A stretch of DNA of 248,000 nucleotides from Wallemia ichthyophaga EXF-994 (GCF_000400465.1 NW_008806280.1:20001-268000), one strand, 5' to 3'; numbered from the stretch's first letter, positions 219,401-234,200 are shown. A program made the numbers and translations. The notes: a model not told the origin generated them from the sequence alone.

Positions 219401-222400
219401 AGCTTGATGTTCAGCTTGTTTTGTTCGACGATGTTCTTGACAATGTCTTACGTATTGATAAAGTTCTCCGACAAGTACAAGGTCATGCTTTATTGATTGG
219501 TGTCAGTGGTAGTGGCAAAACAACGCTTTCACGCTTTGTCGCTTGGATGAATGGTCTCAGTATTTTCCAAATCAAAGTTTCGAATAGCTATACAGGTGAA
219601 GATTTCGACGAAGACCTCAAAACAGTACTGCGCAGAGCAGGCACGAAAGATGAGAAAATTTGCTTCATTATGGACGAATCAAATGTTCTTGACTCAGGCT
219701 TTTTGGAGCGTATGAATACCTTGCTCGCCAATGCCGAGGTTCCAGGATTGTTTGAAGGAGATGAGCATTCTTCACTTATGACAGCTTGTAAAGAAGGGGC
219801 AGCCAGAAACGGCATGATGTTAGACTCGCACGACGAATTATACAGGTGGTTCACTAGTCAAGTCTCAAGAAACTTACATGTTGTTTTCACCATGAATCCA
219901 CCAGAAAATGGCTTGGCTTCAAGAGCTGCTACGTCCCCTGCACTTTTCAACCGCTGTGTTGTTACATGGATGGGTGATTGGGCACCTGCCTCCCTTGCAA
220001 CCGTAGCTTCCGAGCTTACTGATCCTCTTGATGTGAGTACTTCCTAATTGGTTTGCGTTTCTAACCCTTGCATAGATCGATACGCGTGTTTACAACCCGC
220101 CTGCTCCATTTCCCACTGCTCATCATACTCTTCAAGCAGATCTTACTTACAGAGGTGCCGTTGTAAACGCCTTCGTTTACGTGCACCTATCTTTACATGA
220201 GATCAGCAAGCGCTTGAGTAAACGACAAGGTCGTTATAAGTGAGTGTCTTTCACGTTTTGAGATTATTGCTCATGTGATTCAGCTATGTCACTCCTCGAC
220301 ACTACTTGGATTTTATTGACCAATACGTTAAGTTGTTCAATGAAAAGCGTAATGAACTGGAAGAGCAACAGCGTCATTTGAATGTTGGTTTAGATAAACT
220401 ACGCGATACGGTAGTTCAAGTTGATGAACTTCAAAAAAGCTTAGCCGTAAAAGACACTCAATTGAAAGCCAAAGTTGCCGAGGGAGATGAAAAATTAGCC
220501 AAAATGCTTGAAGAGCAGAAACAGGCCGAGAGCAACAAAGCTACCTCAATCCAAATTCAAAGTCAGCTTCAAGAACAGAACAAAAACATAGCGCAGAGGA
220601 AAGAGGTTGTTATGACTGATCTTGCTGATGCTGAACCAGCTGTTAAAAGTGCACAGGAGTCCGTTAGTAATATCAAGAAGCAACATCTCACAGAAGTCAG
220701 ATCTATGGGTAACCCTCCAGAAGGTGTCAAGCTCGCTATGGAATCCGTTTGCACCGTACTGGGACATAAACTTGATGGTTGGAAGACCGTTCAGGGTATC
220801 ATCAGAAGAGATGATTTTATCCATTCAATCGTTAACTTCGACACTACCAAGCAAATGTCTAAGAGCCTCAGCGATCGTATTAAAAATGAGTTCATGTCGA
220901 GACCTAAGTACAACTTCGAAGACATTAATCGTGCATCGAAAGCATGTGGACCTTTAGTTAAATGGGTTATTGCTCAAGTACACTTTGCGGAGATACTCGA
221001 CAGGGTCGGTCCACTTAGGAACGAGGTGCACTATCTCGAAGAAAAGAGTTTGCACACACAGAAGCAAGCCAGCACTATAATTGACATGATCAAAGAGCTC
221101 GAAGACAGCATAGGAAAGTACAAGGACGAGTATGCAGGCCTAATTTCGGAACAGCAAGCTATTAAGAGTGAGACTGAGCGCGTACAGAAAAAAGTCGAAA
221201 GAAGTAAAACATTGTTGAGTTCACTTTCAGCCGAGCAAGATCGTTGGGAGACAAGCTCAAAGACATTCGAGTCTCAAATGAGTACGATTGTTGGAGACGT
221301 ACTTCTATCAGCTGCTTTCCTCGCATATGCTGGCTTCTTTGACCAACAGTACAGAGAAGCAATGTGGAATGGCTGGGTTACATATATGAATGATGCTGGT
221401 ATTAAATTCAAACAGGAGCTCTCGTTCGCCGACTATCTCTCGACTGCCGATGACAGACTTAGCTGGCAATCTAAATCTCTTCCAGCAGATACTCTCTGTA
221501 CAGAGAATGCCATCATGATGAGTCGTTTTAACAGGTTCCCACTCATCATTGATCCATCTGGTCAAGCATCTAATTTCCTTATCAACGAGTATAAAGGTTC
221601 GAACAGAAAATTGAGTGTGACCAGCTTTTCGGACAACTCATTCCTAAAGCAGCTGGAATCAGCAATGAGATTCGGTAATCCAATACTCGTTCAGGATGTA
221701 GAGTTTTTGGATCCGATCATTAACCCAATATTAAACAAGGAGATTCGAAGAAGTGGTGGTCGTGTACTTATTCGTGTTGGTAATCAAGACATCGACTACT
221801 CGCCTGCCTTCAACATGTTCCTAATGACACGTGATCCAAGTGTCGAATTCAGTCCAGATGTTTGCAGTAGAGTAACGTTCGTAAACTTTACCATGACGAG
221901 AAGCTCTCTCCAATCTCAATCTCTAGACCAAGTGCTCAAATCAGAAAGACCAGACGTAGATGCAAAGAGAACAAATCTTCTCAAACTACAGGGCGAGTTC
222001 AGACTGCGGTTGCACTTCTTGGAAAAAGGTCTGCTACAGGCGCTGAATGAGTCAACTGGTAACATTCTTGATGATGACAAAGTCATTGAAACTCTCGAAA
222101 CACTGAAGAAAGAGGCTGCTGATGTTACGGTTCAAGTTGAGGATACTGATACAACTATGGCGGAGGTAGATCATGTGACTTCTGAGTACCAGCCGCTTGC
222201 ATCTGCTTGCTCATCTGTGTTCTTTGTTATGGATCAATTGAATCTCATCAACCACTTTTATCAATTTTCTTTGAGGTTCTTTTCAGATATTTTTGATTTC
222301 ATCATACGTCAAAATCCTCATTTGAGCGGAATTACAGACCATAAAGAGAGACTAGACGTCCTCACTAATGACCTCTTTCTGGTCACATTTCAACGCACCT

Positions 222401-224816
222401 CTAGATCGTTGTTACACGTTGACCATGCTATGTTAGCAGTCTTACTTGCTCAAGTTAAGTTAAGAACTTTAGCCGGAGCCTACGATGAGGATGAGTTCGA
222501 TTTTCTTATTGAAGGTGGCGACTCTTTAGCTGGCAAGACTTCGGCCGCAAATGAGTTCGAGAGCGTCTTCAATGATGAGCAGGCTGCGAAAATAGAGTTA
222601 CTTACTACTCGCATACCATCATTAACTGACTTGAAGGCCGATATCAGGAACAATTTGAAAGAATGGGAGAGTTTCCTTGAAGCCAATCAACCCGAACTTA
222701 AGACACCTCTCGTTCATAGTGAAGGTTTGCCAGGTAGGTCAGCAGTCTGCTCAAAGATGATCATTGACAATAATTGACAGCACCAATTCGTGAAGTGAGG
222801 GATCTGCTCATTATAAAGTGTCTCCGTCCAGACAGAATTATACAAGCAACGTCACTCTTTGTCAATAGTGTCTTCCACTCCGACTTAGCTAACTTGGCAT
222901 CGTACAACTTCCAGAATCTGGTCCAAAAAGAGGTTGGACCCCAAACTCCGGTTGCACTATGCTCCGTACCCGGTTATGATGCATCTTATCGAGTGGATAA
223001 CCTTGTCAGCGGTTTGGGTATCAAGTGTACATCAGTAGCGATGGGTTCGCCAGAGGGTTTTAAGCAGGCAGAGCAAGCAATATCTCAATCGTCTAGAGCT
223101 GGTCACTGGGTGTTGCTAAAAAATGTACATTTAGCTCCTGGATGGCTCACTCAAGTCGAGAAAAAACTCCAAACGCTCAACCCTACGCCAAACTTTAGGC
223201 TTTTCTTGACTATGGAGACAAACCCACTGGTACCTATCAATATACTCCGTCAGTCGAGGATTGTTATGAATGAACCCCCTCCCGGTATTAGAGCAAACAT
223301 CTTAGAGACACTGAGAAATATACCATCTCTGAGTATACAGAACGGACCAGTTGAAAAGATGAGACTGTACTTTTTACTAGCATGGTTCCATGCAGTGATT
223401 CAGGAGCGACTAAGATACTGTCCTCTTGGTTGGAGTAAATTGTATGAGTTCAATGACTCAGACCAGGCTAGTGCTCTGAAAATGATAGACACTTGGACCA
223501 ACAGAGTGGCCAAAGGAAGGTCAAACGTAGATCCTAACACCTTCCCGTGGGAGGCGATCAGAACTTTGTTAAAAGAATCTGTCTATGGTGGGAGAATTGA
223601 TAGAGAATTTGATCAGGAGCTACTCAACACGTTTGTTGACAAGATATTCACGCCTGAAGCATATGAGCTTGATTTCCAACTTGCACCAGCGGTAGACGGT
223701 CAACCCGATTTAGTTATACCTGAAGGAACTAAATTGGAACAATTTATAAGGTGGGCTGAAAGATTGCCAGAAAGAGAGCCAATCACCTGGCTCAACTTGC
223801 CAATCACAGCTGAGAAAGTAATTGCTATTGCTCATGGCACTGCTCTATTTGGGAAGTTACGTAAGATGAAGAGTTTGTCCGATGATGATGAAACTGTTAT
223901 TGTTAGTACAAGTGAAGAGAGTACTCAACAGCCCGTCTGGATGCGTAATTTGATGACTAAGTGCCAAGAGTGGTTGGGTTTGTTGCCAAGTGTGAGTACT
224001 TGTCAATTAATTTTGGAAATGCTAACAAGAGCTCAGGAAATCGCACAATTTGATTCTGACGCTTCACGAGCACAAGACCCAATTTTCAGATTCTTTAAGA
224101 GGGAGTCAGATCTCGGTAGAAAGCTTTACAGTGCTGTTAGAGGCGATCTTGAAGACTTGACTGGTGTTTGTAAAGGTGAACTCAAGCAGACTAATCACCT
224201 TCGCACTCTTATGAGTGACCTGACTAAGGGTGAGTTTTATTGATGGTGATTTTGTCATTAGCTAATCACCAAACTAGGCACTGTGCCAAGTAATTGGAAA
224301 GCCTATAAAGTTCCTAGCAGTTGGACTATTACACAATGGCTGCCTGATTTCGCGTTACGTTTACAGCAAATTCAAAGGTTATCCAACGAGCAAAACTCAC
224401 TTTCACAATCAACGATTTGGTTCGGTGGTCTTTTCTTCCCAGGCTCATTCCTTACCGCGACACGTCAAGACAGTGCGCACAGAACGCGAGTCTCTTTAGA
224501 AGAGCTGCATTTAGAGCTGTATATCAATGACACAAACAAGGGCGGATTTGCAGTTGAAGGACTATACCTTGAGGGTGCTGTTTACGTGGATGATAAACTT
224601 TGCGCGACTAATATTGATCCTGTGAGATTGCGTACGTGCAAGCTGAAGTGGACAGCAATACAGAATCAAGTGCTACAAAATCCCGTTACCATACCTGTAT
224701 ACCTCAACCACAAAGACAGAGAGGTGGTGTTGTTCAGTGTAAAACTGAGCGCTGAAGATACTTTGTCTCAAGCAAAAGCTACTCAACGGTCGATATGTTT
224801 GACAGCAAGTGTGTAG
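216483..224816 (+). CDS. Cytoplasmic dynein heavy chain, C-terminal half only (Dyn2/Dhc2-type split gene)
   Basis: Begins inside AAA1 ([21 protein letters not shown]); AAA2-6 and stalk present; no tail or AAA1 Walker A. Confidence 0.88.
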
Positions 224817-225839
224817 AGTGTTGGGCTCAGTTGTTTGCTAGGTATGAAAGCGATAGAAGAGGAAGTCATGCAACCGAATGTTTTTATTTAAACTAGTTTG
224901 ATTCAATTCTGATACATCATATTTATACGCACTAGAAATAATTATGCTCGTGTTTTAACAGAAACGTATCTTGCAGATTTCAACAGCAAAGCGCGATAGT
225001 ATCTGAACGCACCCAAGATCAAACTTAAAAAACATGATCATATTTTGGTAACGCCTTTCTCATCTAAAAAATACTCAATAACCTACAAAGCAACCAGATG
225101 AGTGAAGACTCGAACTTGCTTTAAGCGTCTCGTGCTTATTAAATTGTAGCGCTATTAATCATCAATCTGGATTCCCCCTGGCTTGCATCAATGATGTCAC
225201 CGGTGTCGTATATCAGTGCGGTTTCGTGGAGATTCGGGCCATGCTAATACTGAATAAGAGCCCAACCTTTCAAATAGTCACTTTGCTTGAATAGACATTT
225301 CTTCCCATGCGCGTTTGTTGAATGGGCTGTAATTTTAAGGTGAGTAAGAAAAAAGACTTGAGCGGCTTCAAGACGGTTAAAGACGGTTTGAAGCGTAATA
225401 GTGTAACTGATTTCATCTGAATAAACACATTTAAAGTCCATATGCTTCATAACTTCTCATTAATCTCACTTTACAGTATTACAATTGATCGTCGCAGAGC
225501 AGCAATAGCTCAAATACGGTCAATTACTCGCAAACTCAAAACGGGACAACTACTAAGTCATATATATGCATAAATTACTCGAGAAAGCTAGTTGTTCCCC
225601 TAAATATCAGAACATCGCAAAGTAAAGCATGTCATCTCCGAATCGAGAATGGCCTGCTCAATGACGTGTTGGTGATAGCACTGTGAGTAATGGAAGCTTG
225701 ATAAAGTTTGTTAGAATTCTGGAGCTATCAATTTTGCGATCAATTCGAGATTGAGTTTATCGTACATATCATACCGATGTCTTTTATACTAATCCAGCTA
225801 GATATGGCATGTTTCAGGGAGGATAACCTGGTCTAAAAA

Positions 225840-226700
225840 TTATGAATTATACTCTTATGCCTTCTGCAATTCCAACGCAGCCTTAATCGCCTTCACATTT
225901 CCATGATTTAAAATCTTGAAATCCACCTGGTGAAGCTAAAAGTCGTGATTTCAGAGTTGGGCTGACCCTCCCTTTTTTCTTTTAATAAATTCCGTATAAT
226001 TGGCTTGCAATGATCCGAGATGATATTGAAATTACTTTTCCCCCGAAGCCAGCATTAAGCTCGGTGGAAGCTAATCTTTGTAAAAGTAAATCGCGCTCAT
226101 AGAGCCGAATAATTCAAATTTTTGGATGCTTGAGGTCTCAAAACGCCAGTTTAACTTGTATTTATCGATGAAGCACGTATAATCTTCCATGTATATCCTA
226201 CAGCGTGCTCCAGAGCGATGTCGGATTACAACTTCCGAACAGCCTAAAGGGCACAATTGAAGGCTCAGGGATATAATTCTGCAAATTCTTGTTAAGCTCA
226301 ACCAGCGCTATTCATGAAGCTTTTTTATTCGGAGATCATCAAAACTCGTAAATCAGCCATCTGAGATAAGATAGGGGTCGAGAAATGCAACTCGGTGGAT
226401 GTTGAGCGTAGGGCTGATACGGGAATAAATCTAGCATGCTGAATATAATAGAACAAAATCTTGGTATCGCTAAGTTGCTCAAATTGTCAGTGTACGGTTT
226501 CTCTGTGTTCTTTTTCCCATTTACTTGGTCATTTGCATGGTGCCTCGAGCATACTTAATTTGCGAGAGTTCCTAGTAATGTTTATAGTTTCCAAACATAT
226601 CATATTGCACCTTCAAATTCTTCTGCCGTCCCAAAAACTCCTCCAGACTTTGTCATTGATTGTCGCAGATTGTATTGATGTGGGTCGCGGCAGAGTATAT
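225840..226700 (+). pseudogene. Copy 3 of the dispersed decayed gene family
   Basis: 37-nt block 226521-226557 matches repeat arm 202375-202411 with 4 mismatches; FYSEIIKTRKS and LGHLHG relics. Confidence 0.6.
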
Positions 226701-227480
226701 ATCTATCAAAATATGTGCAAGTATTTAAATGTTTATAATATCAAACGATAAGTTTTCAATGCTATTAATTCTGTGATTGAGTGGAGAGCACAAACAAGAA
226801 GACCTGTTATAGGCAAAGTGAATCATTACCTAAAGCGGCGAAACAGGTAAGATATGATTCCAATCAAGACTTGTGAATCTCGACCGGGCTCTTTTCCAGG
226901 TTTTACATTTGGATATAATCGAAAGTCATGAATGCACGACCTGAGATGACATCTGTGGCTTGAGGGAGAAATCAAGTCATTAGAACTTAAGGAGATGGGA
227001 GTATATTTGGAATACTGAAAATACTAAGAGACCGTTGGTTTTAAGAATGCGACTTAAACGTGCTCACTTCTCACTTGTAGTTCATTTGTGGGGTGATCTG
227101 AGCATTTATAAATTACTGGAGCGACAGCTATAACCTATTGTATTAATGTCATTACACCTCCAAGCCCTTCTGCCAACTCATAAGTAAACCTGAATCGCAG
227201 GTTGGGCTTTGAAGGTCGTAACCGGAGAAACACCTGCCAGAATATATTTGAGAATTCAGTGTATCAGAATTGTATGTCAAGCTGCTCTACGTATTCATCT
227301 TGCTGGTAATTTGTGGCAGAGCAGAACGAAGAAGACAGCTCAAGGCAGGAACCGATGAAAAAGACAGCAAATTAGGGTAAAATTAATAGCGTCTGCTTGC
227401 AGAATCGCTTTCTGTTTGTCTTAATTTTCCAAGTGCGAGTCTGATAATCTCAATCCACCCATTCCACCCATTCCACCATC

Positions 227481-229890
227481 AATGGACGTTTTCAAAAGGT
227501 TTCAACAGCGGATCCACGAGAATATTGCTGAGTCTACGAGGTGATTATATAGCAAGTCAAAGCGCATCAAAGCTCATTACCAACAGAGATTTCGATTTCG
227601 GCTCAACCGTTCGCATAGCAGATGCACCCAACGATAAGCTCTCAGACATAATCCCAAAGCTTTCATCAAAAGAAGAGCACGAAATCAAGCATGCTTTGAA
227701 GCGTGTCTTGGTCCTTTTATCTCACAATAGGGATTTGTCTTCCTTGTTTCCGTCAATTGTCAAGCTGGTATCTTCAAGGGATCTGCACATAAAGATATTG
227801 GCGTACGTTTATCTGACGAGATATGCCCGACTATGTCCAGATCTTGCGATGCTCAGTGTTAATTCATTCCAAAAAGACTCAAGTCATCAGTCACCCCTAG
227901 TGAGAGCTCAGTCGATAAGAGTTTTATCGAGTATAAGCTCCGAGGAAGTTGCGCCTATTTGCATGCTATGTGTCAAGCGTGCTGCAACTGATTCCAATCC
228001 TTACGTCCGCAAAGCAGCTGCGCTGGCAATAGCCAAGTGTTACGAGTAAGGATCTTCACAAGATGTATCTTTGAAATACTCATAAATCACAGACTGGATG
228101 ACTCTTCATACGATGAGCAGAAAGAATTGTCTTTGAAGCTGATGAGATGTGCATCGTCGATCCCGATCGGTGCCGCTGCTTACGCTTTTATCAAAATACA
228201 CCCCGATATTGATGATCTCAACGATAACTTATCGGCATTACATTCATTGTTTAGGCACTTGGTCAGACAGCTAGTGGACTGCGAAGAATGGTCTCAATTA
228301 ATCGTTTTGGATTTGCTGGCCAGATACAGCAGAGTGTTTTTGCCTCGACCATTAGAGGAGGATTCTGTAGACAAAGATATGAAGGATCTACTCATGGGAT
228401 GTGAGTATCTCTTAAGCAGTCCTAATCCAGCCGTGAGTGACATTAACGCTATCTTCCCTTACTGACATGATCCAGGTCGCAGCCACTGCTTCCAAAACAC
228501 TTCTTACGCTTGGATCTACCACCTACCGAAGCAAGGCTCTCAAGTGCTTGATGCGCTTGAGGAAGGAATCGCCTGAAATGTCGGCATACGTCATGTTAAC
228601 TTTACAGCTGATATCAGAGAAACAACCGGTGCGTATTGAGAGATATCTGAACATACCTAACAAACTTCAGGAATCGGTCACTCCGTTTTTTCAATCTCTT
228701 TTCATCGTTAAAAGTGACACAGATTATACCAAGATAATCAAACTAAACATACTACAAAATTTAATGAAAGTCTTGGATGACTCTCAGCTCACAATGCTAG
228801 CGAAGGAGCTCTCAGTAAGTTAAATCCTGTTTTTTTTTCACCTAACCCCTGTTAGAATCATACCCTTGATCCTGATACAAAATTTGCAGCTGAGGTGATT
228901 GAGACGATCGGCAGCTTGTCATGTGCATCAAAAAGAGCGTCAGAAGTTGCCTTCAAGACGCTCACAGATTGTTCAACTGCAACAAACAAGTTACTAAGTC
229001 ATCAATCCATCATACAATTGAGTAATTTTGTCCCTGATCTCTTGCAAGGATCATGGAATCTACGTAGACTATTAAAGCGGATGTTCAATGGAAGAGTAGT
229101 AGACGATGATGCCCGTGCGACTTTAGTTTGGGTTGTCAGTGAAGTAGTACAGAAGCCGCCCCAAAATGAACTGAACGAGCTGGATGGTATGTCAGTCTGG
229201 AAGTATGGTCCTGATGTACTGCGTAGCTGCGTAAAGGGATTCTCCGAAGAAGGCAGCAAGACACAGACCCAAATTCTCAATCTAGCGGCCAAAATGATGG
229301 CGATCTTACCTGATATAAGAAGTGTACAGGCAATGGCCCGCAAAGTTTTCATAGATTCGGCTGATTTTGACCATGTAAAGTCCATGGACATCGAATCACT
229401 TGATGGACTTAATAGGAGACATTCGATTATGAATACGGTGGCGGGATTGTATGGAGAAGTGCCTGAGCAAGGCGATCAAGCACCTAGAGTACTTTTACGT
229501 CGCAACCAAGCTAATGCTATACTCACAAATATGGCCACAAACTCGAGTGTGATGCACAAAATGACAAGTTCCATCAAAAACAACAACATGGTGCGGATTC
229601 AGACAGATACTTACTTGAATAGCCTACCAGAATGGTCAACTGAAGGTTTGCCTGGTCCTGAAGTGAGAGAAGTAAAGCAGAGTGAGGCTAATCAAGCCGA
229701 TGAGGCTTTAACGATGCCGGTAATGAGTAATGAGATTGCAGCGTACAATGCAGAGGTAGAAACCATACTCGCACAAAATGCGGATTACGAAGATGATGAA
229801 CCTGTAGATACCACAGATAAAGCGGCAGATGACGACCTAGAGAGGTTTTTGGAGAGTGATGGAAATCTCACGAGCGATGTAGATGATTAA
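227481..229890 (+). CDS. APL6: AP-3 adaptor beta subunit
   Basis: LAMLSVNSFQKD; NPYVRKAAA; CEEWSQ. Confidence 0.8.
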
Positions 229891-229937
229891 TTGGTAAACT
229901 TGTATACAATAAATAGTTTAAAACGAGTAAAGATGAG

Positions 229938-230589
229938 TTAGAGTCTTTTTAATCCTTTCTTCTTTGCGTTTGCCTCCTTGGACTTCAAAGGTTGCTTTGC
230001 AGGTTGGTTTTCTTGTTTGGTTGAAGGCTCGATCGGAGCATTTGAGAGGGGCTGATTCTCGATTTGGGAAGGAGAAGAGTCGAACTCGATAGGGCGGCTT
230101 CTTGCGTGAATAGAAGTCATCATTTTCGCGTGATTGAAGTAGTCTTGATAACTCTCCTGAAGTAACTTTCCCGCTTCTTCATCGAGAGCAGAATCAGGGC
230201 CTGGGTAGATCAAGAGACACTTGATTGTAACAAGGATGTGCTCTATACCGAATTCAGGTCTCCAGTCCTTCTTGAGGGTGGAAACGCAGATCTCACCGGT
230301 CTTGCTGATATTTGGGTGGAATATCTTGGTTAGCATCCTGCCTAGATAACTGTAAGCGTGGGTTTACATAATCAATTATCCGCGTACAATTTGGTGGACT
230401 GTTTGGGAAGTCAGCACCAAAGTTGAACTTGACTTTGAAGAAGCCGTCCTCGTATGGGGTGCCTTCCGGTCCTTGGACGTAGCCGACAACATCAAACACG
230501 TCCGAATCGCTGAAGGATATCCTGATATTGTCTGGTGGGTTTTGTTTGAGCTGTATACATTCCTTTGCGATCCGACGTGCGATGGACAT
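229938..230589 (-). CDS. Ubiquitin-conjugating enzyme UBE2S-like
   Basis: GPEGTPYE; [14 protein letters not shown]; KKGLKRL tail. Confidence 0.88.
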
Positions 230590-230629
230590 ATTGTTATGAA
230601 TTAAAGATACAAACCGCGTTAGGAAATGC

Positions 230630-231292
230630 TCAAAAATAATAATTAAAATCTCCCATGTATATTGTAATGGCTTTGAATTTACCAGACATCCAGTTTTCCT
230701 CTACTTCGACTGCGTCGTCCAGCTGGCTGATGTCTTGTAGCGTTGTGTTTCTCGGCAGAAACATACAGACATTCGGTGTGATTGCCTTGGCTCTGCGAAC
230801 GAGCTCCGCGCCGGTCACAGGCATTAGGCTATCCAGCGTGAAGGTATCCATGTAGTTTATCCCACCCCAGGGCGGCGAGTAGAAGATAACGTCAATATTG
230901 TAATCAAACTTGTACTCGTTAACCCAACTAATATAATCTTGCTGTATAAACTCTATCCTGTCTTCAACGCCGTAGATTCTCGCGTTATGCCTCGCCAATT
231001 CAATTTTAACCGGATCAATGTCTATAGCTATCACCCGCTCGCAGGTGAAGGCAAAGGAGATGGCATTACCGCCAACTCCGCAGAAAGCGTCAACGATCGT
231101 TCCGCATCGGCATCGTTCAGCCGTTTGCATCGCGATTAGCTCTGGTGTGACCGAGTACCACGACTCTTCATCGAGAATGATGCCCTGGTCATATTGGCTA
231201 AATAGCCTGTTCCTTTGGTAATAATATTTAAGCAGATGCTCGGGCACCTGCGACTTGTCCGTGTAAATAAGCTCTTTGTACTTGTCTTCCAT
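230630..231292 (-). CDS. TGS1: Trimethylguanosine synthase
   Basis: SWYSVTPE, DAFCGVGGN, SPPWGG. Confidence 0.92.
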   Translation of the reverse strand: MEDKYKELIYTDKSQVPEHLLKYYYQRNRLFSQYDQGIILDEESWYSVTPELIAMQTAERCRCGTIVDAFCGVGGNAISFAFTCERVIAIDIDPVKIELARHNARIYGVEDRIEFIQQDYISWVNEYKFDYNIDVIFYSPPWGGINYMDTFTLDSLMPVTGAELVRRAKAITPNVCMFLPRNTTLQDISQLDDAVEVEENWMSGKFKAITIYMGDFNYYF

Positions 231293-231295
231293 CGG

Positions 231296-234200
231296 GCGAT
231301 GAAGAGATCAAGAGATAGCGCGTTCAAATCACCGGCGATAAATATAAATTCAAATAAATTTGCAGATAACAGCCACCCGCTCCAGTTCTGGTCTGTCCAA
231401 TGGCGTAATCCTCAGTTCAAGAAACACAAGACGTGGGATGGTGATGGCACGCTGATTGTCAATAGCGGACAAATGATTCTCAAAGATACCAACAGCAGCG
231501 TCATTGGTAGATCTTTCGATAAGAAGAACAGCGTGTTTGAGCCAGGTGCCCACTTTGTTATCGCCGGCAAAGACGTCGAGCTCGATCAACTGCTTAAACA
231601 AGACGCGGCAAAAGAAAACTCACCAAGCAAGCCCAAAGGTATACCAGCTGCTTCTTTTTATACTTCCGCTCCTTCTGCCGCGAAGCCATACAAACCGCCA
231701 TCATTCAGTAAGCCTATGATACCGAGTAAACCTCTGGCAGCAACCAATATTGAGAGCTCCTCGACTTCTGAACCATCTTCACTCGAGCAAAGTGCTTTTC
231801 AGAAACACCCTCCACTCGTTTCTCAAAGCATTTCTCACTCTAATACGCATACCGCACATCCGCCAGCCCCCAAATACGATCCAAACGCCCCAGACGCATT
231901 CGTGATGCCTCAGCTTCCACAAAATATCTTAAATGAACTTAACTACAAGCAGCACCCAGTAGTTGATGTCGTTCTCGATCCACACATCTCATCGAAACTG
232001 CGTCCTCATCAACAGGAAGGTGTTAAGTTTATGTATGAAGCTGTTATGGGTATGCGAGGACATAAGGGCAAAGGTTGCATACTCGCTGATGAGATGGGTC
232101 TCGGTAAGACGCTTCAAGTAATCGCCTTGGTATGGACTCTGTTGAAGCAGAACCCAATCACAAACTCGGGACCCGTCATTGGTAAAGCTATGATAGTCTG
232201 TCCGGTGTCGCTTGTTAATAATTGGCGCAAGGAATTCAGCAAATGGATTGGTCAGTCAAAAATTGGTATCTTCCTTGGCGATAAGGATGTGTCCGAGATC
232301 AAAAAGTTTCAACAGTCGCGTATTCACCAGGTTCTGATTATAGGTTATGAGAAGCTAAGAACAGCAGTCGATGTGCTGAAGTTCTGTCAACCTCAGATAG
232401 GTCTTATCGTATGTGATGAAGGTAAGTGGAATGCAATCAAGAGAAGCATCCTAATAGTACTCTAAGGACATCGTCTAAAGGCGTCAAACAAGACATCACA
232501 AGTGTTTGAAGCGTTCCCTACGCGGCGACGCGTCATTCTGTCTGGTACTCCGATTCAGAATGATTTAGGAGAGTACTACTGTATGGTCAGTAAAAGTTCA
232601 ATACGTACCTGAGCAGACTGACATTCCAAGACTGATTTCTGTAACCCTGGCTTACTCGATAGCTACGCTTCATTTAAGAAGAAGTACGAAACGCCTATTA
232701 TGAGAAGTAGGGCTCCAAATTGTAACAGAAGTGATCTTGAGTTGGGAAGACAACGATCCGAAGCACTCTCAGCCCTCACGAACCAGTTTGTGTTGAGAAG
232801 AACAGCTGAAATACTTGACAACGTTCTACCAACCAAGTCAGAGGTGGGTAGACGTTACAAAGACGATTCAGGCTGACATAATGCTAGTTCGTTGTATGCA
232901 TTGCTCCGACAAAACTTCAATTAGCAATATATAAGCAGTTAGTGCAAGCATCAATCATTCAGAGCGTGTTGGAAAGACTGGGTGGTCAACACTTGAATTT
233001 AATAGGTGTATTGAGGAACTTGTGCAACTCTCCTGGAATTATATACAAGATGATTGAGAATAAACAATCTGAAAGCTACAAAGATTTCAAACTAGATAAT
233101 GTCAAAAACATGTTTCCAAGTAGCGTAAACGCGAATGATATCAATCTTAGTGGGAAGTTGAAAGCATTAGGGAGGTTATTGAAGACACTTAAGACTGAAA
233201 CAGAAGAGAAGATTATTGTTGTTTCAAGTTTTACAGCTACATTAGATGTTATAGAGGTGAGAGTCCCTTTTTTTGGGGGGCTTTATTGACTAAATGTTAT
233301 AGTCTCACTGTCGTCTATGTAAATACAAATTTTGCAGACTCGATGGCTCTACGCCGCAAGCCAAGCGTCAAGAAATAGTAGATGGTTTTAACCGTTCTCC
233401 ACAAGCAGGAAAATTTGTGTTCCTTTTATCAACGAAATCAGGCGGGGTGGGACTCAATCTCATTGGCGCATCACGACTCGTTCTATTTGAGAGTGATTGG
233501 AACCCATCTAACGATTTGCAAGCCATGGCTAGGATTCACAGAGATGGTCAGACGAAACCTGTGTTTATATACCGCTTTCTGACAACGGGAACGATTGATG
233601 AGAAGATATTCCAGAGGCAGTTGACCAAAATCGGACTGTCTAACTCTTTGATGGGGAATACTGTTGAGAAAAAGAACGATACGGATTCTTTCACGGTAGA
233701 AGAACTTCGAGCGTTGTTCAGGATCGATGATGACACAGCTTGCGGGACACACGATTTGCTCGACTGCACTTGTAATCATGGTAGGGTACTTACAGAAGCT
233801 GAGAAAGGTGCTGAGGATGCACAACAAGACGATGAAGAAGAGCCGCAAGGGTTTATCAGCGCCAGTCAACACCAACCCGGAACATCATTAAAGTCAAAGA
233901 GAGACAAACAGGCCAAGATTGCGGCATTGGATGGATGGGATCACGTGGATTGTCTACAGGAGAATCATATGGGGAATTTGGCTGATGATGTGTTGAGAAA
234001 GCTTACAATACACGCTGAGTCACCATTAGTTGCCCAACACAAAGATGATTTCGTTGAAGATACCACAGCTAAGACATCAGACCATCAATTCGAATCATTG
234101 AATGACTATTGCCCGGCCAGTGACGAAGAAGAAGAGCCTGAAGAGGAAAGAAAGGAAGGGGATGTGGAAATCATCGAGCCAGAGCGTAAAGTACAGAAAA

